The notes under the pieces were generated by a model. It was not told the origin of the DNA. It made no database searches and saw only the letters and a program-made list of their open reading frames with translations. From a virus, in IMG/VR virus record IMGVR_UViG_3300030616_000025, positions 1 to 64,000 of that record: DNA of 64,000 bases; one strand, written 5' to 3'. Shown here one piece after another: positions 60,747-64,000 of this stretch. The position numbers and the translations under genes are program-made. Numbering within the stretch: the stretch's first letter is position 1; the number at the start of each line of letters is the position of its first letter.

Positions 60747-60979
60747 ATCTGGCGAACAGAAAAGGAAACTACGCGGAAGAAAAGCATGTAGCAATAAGAG
60801 GCGTAAATCAGGTACACAGGATGTGTCCTGAATGCGGAATAACAATGGCTGTCTGGACGGAGGAAGAATACAGACTGCATAGGCACGAATGTGAAGACCA
60901 GTGGGACAGGACGCTTGAAAAACACTGCATGAAATATCACCCGAAATTGACGCGGGTATATGTTCCGGCTATAGGTTAA
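60743..60979 (+). CDS. zinc-finger protein
   Basis: CPECG...HRHEC pattern. ATGA overlap. Confidence 0.45.
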   Translation: MNLANRKGNYAEEKHVAIRGVNQVHRMCPECGITMAVWTEEEYRLHRHECEDQWDRTLEKHCMKYHPKLTRVYVPAIG

Positions 60980-60990
60980 GGAGAGAAAAG

Positions 60991-61344
60991 ATGGAAAATG
61001 AATCAATAAAACGAATGTTAAGTAAAATCAATATTGCCTGGAGAGGATATAAGCCGGAATACTTTTTGGAACGAGTCAAGGAAATACTTGTCAAAGAATT
61101 TGAAGCACTGCAAGCGGAGAATGAGGAGCTGGGAAAGTTGTCTATGGCAAGACAAAAAGAACTGGTTGAAAGGAATCATGCCTTATGCAAGGAGCTAAAT
61201 ACTTTAGAACAGCAGAACAAGGAGCTTGTGGAGGCTTTGGAGGAAGCCATAGAATGGATAGTTGAAATACACGGAGAGGACGGGAAAAATTTAGCGGGGG
61301 TATACAGGTTGACAAATCTTGTCAAAAAAGCGAAAGGAGAATAA
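60991..61344 (+). CDS. mosaic coiled-coil protein (KKAKGE tail)
   Basis: EALQAENEELG, LEQQNKELVEALE. Ends VKKAKGE. Confidence 0.5.
   Translation: MENESIKRMLSKINIAWRGYKPEYFLERVKEILVKEFEALQAENEELGKLSMARQKELVERNHALCKELNTLEQQNKELVEALEEAIEWIVEIHGEDGKNLAGVYRLTNLVKKAKGE
61321..61344 (+). repeat. junction repeat, copy 4
   Basis: GTCAAAAAAGCGAAAGGAGAATAA. Confidence 0.8.
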
Positions 61345-61896
61345 ATGAATTACATCGTATCAGGATTAGAACGATCAGGAACATCTTTAATGATGGCTAT
61401 ACTGGAAGCCGGGGGATTTCCCGTGGCGTATGACGAATCGCGGAAGCCGGACGAAAGTAATCCCAAAGGATACTATGAGCTATTCGGCGGGAAGATAATA
61501 AACAGGCTTATGGAAAACGAAGTCTATATGCACCTATACGATGAATCAGCAATTAAGATAACGTCTGTAGGTTTGACTTTTCTTCCGCGCGAATATGACT
61601 ACCGTATAATATACATGGAGCGGGATATTAAAGAAGTAAAAATGTCCATGCAGAAAATGGCGAAGGAAAAATTAGCAGACAATCTCGAAGAGCTATTACA
61701 CACAGAGAACGTCTTTCTGAAAGACTACATGGACGAAAGCGGATATGAATATATTGTAGTGAATTACAATAGTCTCTTGACAAATCCGGGAAAGGAGATT
61801 AAAAGGGTGTCTGACTTTTGCGGGGGAATAGATATTGAAAAAGCGGAAACGGTTATAGACAGGAAGCTTTACCGAAACAGAAAGGAAGAGAAATGA
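61345..61896 (+). CDS. sulfotransferase-family protein
   Basis: IVSGLERSGTSLMMAIL PAPS-loop-type N-terminus. ~180 aa, the size of small bacterial sulfotransferases. Confidence 0.6.
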   Translation: MNYIVSGLERSGTSLMMAILEAGGFPVAYDESRKPDESNPKGYYELFGGKIINRLMENEVYMHLYDESAIKITSVGLTFLPREYDYRIIYMERDIKEVKMSMQKMAKEKLADNLEELLHTENVFLKDYMDESGYEYIVVNYNSLLTNPGKEIKRVSDFCGGIDIEKAETVIDRKLYRNRKEEK

Positions 61897-62054
61897 GCCA
61901 AAATGAATTCAGAATAATATTGATACAATTGTTAATGTTTCAATATTTAATCTTTAATGAAAGTTTTAGCAAGACAGTACAGACTTTATGGGGAGTATTT
62001 GTAATAATTGCAAGTATCATTCACATATTCGGGTTATACCCAAAGGGAGAATAG
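61893..62054 (+). CDS. small hydrophobic protein (53 aa)
   Basis: ATGA overlap. Two hydrophobic stretches (IILIQLLMFQYLIF and GVFVIIASIIHIFGL). Confidence 0.3.
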   Translation: MSQNEFRIILIQLLMFQYLIFNESFSKTVQTLWGVFVIIASIIHIFGLYPKGE

Positions 62055-62057
62055 CAA

Positions 62058-62645
62058 ATGACGAAGGAAGAGATGAAGCAGGAGATTTTCAAAAGACACG
62101 ATTTATACAAAGGGTATCTCTGGAAACACAGAGCGGAGCTTGCGTATATAGACATGCAGTTTGTGGATGACGCAGTGCATGACATTATGATCCGCATGAT
62201 TAAATATGCCCGAAGAATAAAACGAGAAGAAGTCGGCGCATTTATAAATACGCTATTTAGAAATATTACAAAATGGTATAACAGGGACAAGTACACGGAA
62301 TGGAAAAAGCGCAAATCGATCAACAGTCAAAAGAACTGGGAATTTTTACTGACGATACCATACGGGGAAATCGAGCAATCGAAACGACAGGCAAAAGCCG
62401 CGGAAGAAATAATCAGGAACATAACACCACAGTTAAAGGGGAATGCTCAAACCGTTTTCGTGAAATTGCAGGAAAGATTAAATGACTTCATAGTAGAAGA
62501 CAACTACAGGAAAAACCGCACGAAATTCCAGAGAAGCGGAATATTCATAGATATAGCGGCTGAAATGGGATTTTCGCGGGAAAGGATAAGACAACTGAAC
62601 GTGGAGATACGAACACAAATCGAGAAAAAAATAAAATTTGCTTGA
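62058..62645 (+). CDS. sigma-70-family (ECF-like) sigma factor candidate
   Basis: C-terminal IDIAAEMGFSRERIRQLNVEIR resembles the region 4.2 HTH. The N-terminal half is region-2-like in length. AAGGGAGAATAGCAA-ATG start. Confidence 0.55.
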   Translation: MTKEEMKQEIFKRHDLYKGYLWKHRAELAYIDMQFVDDAVHDIMIRMIKYARRIKREEVGAFINTLFRNITKWYNRDKYTEWKKRKSINSQKNWEFLLTIPYGEIEQSKRQAKAAEEIIRNITPQLKGNAQTVFVKLQERLNDFIVEDNYRKNRTKFQRSGIFIDIAAEMGFSRERIRQLNVEIRTQIEKKIKFA

Positions 62646-62669
62646 CATATTTAGATAATCGCATATAAT
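62642..62669 (+). promoter_or_regulatory. sigma70-type promoter P6 (TTGACA-N16-TATAAT)
   Basis: -35 at 62642-62647 and -10 at 62664-62669. Confidence 0.6.
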
Positions 62670-62695
62670 ACAGTTATTTATAGAAAGGAAATGAT

Positions 62696-63223
62696 ATGCC
62701 TGATTACAACAATTTCAAAATCGAGTACGGAAAAACTTTTACGTGTACACTGTCTTATGACTCCCCGAGAAAAGTCGAGAAGGAGGGAAAAACATTTTAT
62801 TACTGGGGCTGTGAGCATAACAATCAGTCCGGGACGTTCAAATGCTCCGCGTATCTCAAAAAGCACATAGAAAAAACGGGTGCAAAAAAAGGTTCAAATC
62901 TGATGATACTTATGGAGAAAACCGACGACGGAAAAACATCGTATAAGGTAGAAACAATAGGCACTGGTGTTCAGCCGCAGGAAGAGACAGAGAGCCACAC
63001 AGAGTATGATGATGAACCGCAGACATATCCAGAGTCAACGCCCGCACCCGTGGGACAGCCGAAACACAATCCGGCGTTGTTGCACTGCATGGAACTGGCG
63101 GAGAAATTCACAGCAACAAGAATGATACAGAACAAAGACAGCTTTAACGACAAGGACGACATGATGAGAACATTCAAGGCGATGTCGAATGACATATATG
63201 ATTACTACAGGAAAAATGCATGA
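62696..63223 (+). CDS. hypothetical protein with an acidic, Pro-rich linker (possible DNA-binding protein)
   Basis: AGAAAGGAAATGAT-ATG start. First gene after P6. No firm motif. Confidence 0.45.
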   Translation: MPDYNNFKIEYGKTFTCTLSYDSPRKVEKEGKTFYYWGCEHNNQSGTFKCSAYLKKHIEKTGAKKGSNLMILMEKTDDGKTSYKVETIGTGVQPQEETESHTEYDDEPQTYPESTPAPVGQPKHNPALLHCMELAEKFTATRMIQNKDSFNDKDDMMRTFKAMSNDIYDYYRKNA

Positions 63224-63822
63224 GAGCAATCATAAGGAGAAAATTCAGGTACGGGGACGAATGGATAACCGAACTGTCAAGCACAAAAGAAGTGCCGTAT
63301 TTCAAGGGGAGTACAATCAAGATAGAGGAATCCTATTCTGAAAGACAGCTTAAATTTGTACATGCCATGTTCGGGGATATAGCGGATCAGACAGGCTACA
63401 CGAAAAATGAAGTCAAAGACATGCTGAAAAAAAAAGCGGAAGTCGACAGTGTAGCCACGATAGACGCGGAAGGGATGGATAGACTGATTGACATTACGCT
63501 TGAATTTGTCAAGGAGAACGATATAACTCTGAATGTTAAAACGGTCGAGCAAATGGAAGCCGAACAGCATGTAGACTTATGTGTGTACAAAAAGGTATGT
63601 CTGATATGCGGCAAACCCGCCGACACACATCACGTAGACAAAATAGGTATGGGGCGGGAAAGAAAAGCAGTAGACAAAGCAAATCCGAACCTAAAGAAAC
63701 TACCGCTATGCAGGGAACATCACTCGGAATTACACAGTACGGATACATACACGTTCAGGAATTTATATCATCTTGGCGACGGATATAAAAAATATTTTGA
63801 AAGGACTTTGTACGGTGAATAG
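63220..63822 (+). CDS. HNH-like / DUF968-like protein
   Basis: CLICGKPADTHHVDKIGMG...LPLCREHHSELHS. Confidence 0.5.
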   Translation: MRAIIRRKFRYGDEWITELSSTKEVPYFKGSTIKIEESYSERQLKFVHAMFGDIADQTGYTKNEVKDMLKKKAEVDSVATIDAEGMDRLIDITLEFVKENDITLNVKTVEQMEAEQHVDLCVYKKVCLICGKPADTHHVDKIGMGRERKAVDKANPNLKKLPLCREHHSELHSTDTYTFRNLYHLGDGYKKYFERTLYGE

Positions 63823-64000
63823 AGAAACAGTATTTTGGATAATTGTAATGTTATATTTTTGTCTATATGTTGTGGCAGCAATATTGAATATAATTTTTCT
63901 ACTAATAGATGAATACCCACGAGAAGTTAAATATATTTCACAGCAAACGGATGTTTTTTATTTATTGTTTCATATGTTAATAGCTGTCTTATTGGGTATT
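63815..64000 (+). CDS. partial membrane protein (runs off the window)
   Basis: GTG start overlapping the upstream stop. Hydrophobic FWIIVMLYFCLYVVAAILNIIFLLI. No stop before 64000. Confidence 0.3.
   Translation, partial: MNRETVFWIIVMLYFCLYVVAAILNIIFLLIDEYPREVKYISQQTDVFYLLFHMLIAVLLGI

Noticed and set aside
1-64000. Integrase, excisionase, att sites or repressor that would define a prophage boundary.
   Set aside because: No tyrosine or serine recombinase motifs or flanking host genes were recognised, so the lifestyle cannot be inferred from this window.

Overview
All convincing genes are on the + strand, tightly packed, and many have ATGA or TAATG stop/start overlaps. The content reads as most of the genome of a tailed dsDNA phage or prophage. 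The tail is siphovirus-type: tube, G/G-T chaperone with a -1 slippery site, tape measure, and no sheath. In order I see an accessory block with large glycosyltransferase fusions (1-5.5 kb), then a consensus promoter plus tRNA-Met(CAT), then a candidate small terminase, a GroES-like co-chaperonin and a GpA-like large terminase (5.7-8.9 kb). About 21 kb then sits between large terminase and portal. It is dominated by sugar-tailoring enzymes: sulfotransferase, two sulfatase/alkaline-phosphatase-superfamily proteins, a DegT aminotransferase, a hexapeptide acetyltransferase, several glycosyltransferases, three or four SAM methyltransferases, a pyruvyl transferase and a MurB-like reductase. RusA, a DNA methylase, YopX, HNH and many small zinc-ribbon ORFs are mixed in. 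The structural module (29.8-55.1 kb) holds portal, MuF-like protein, an 878-aa protease-scaffold-capsid fusion, five tandem LamG-type lectin-fold paralogs, connector proteins, tail tube, tape measure, a GTA/lambda-like tail tip with an NlpC/P60 peptidase, a fibre, and a small membrane-protein cassette. The last block (55.1-64 kb) has an AT-rich origin-like region, a DnaB-type helicase, a mosaic family of coiled-coil paralogs that share a 23-bp gene-end/SD junction, and an HNH homing-endonuclease cassette at the 5' end of a pyrimidine-dimer-glycosylase-like gene that is also broken by a 10-nt insertion. It also has a second sulfotransferase and a sigma-factor-like gene. Six near-identical TTGACA-N16-TATAAT promoters punctuate the window. 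No rRNA, CRISPR array, integrase or att site was seen. Every function is called from motifs read by eye in the translations, and no database search was run.
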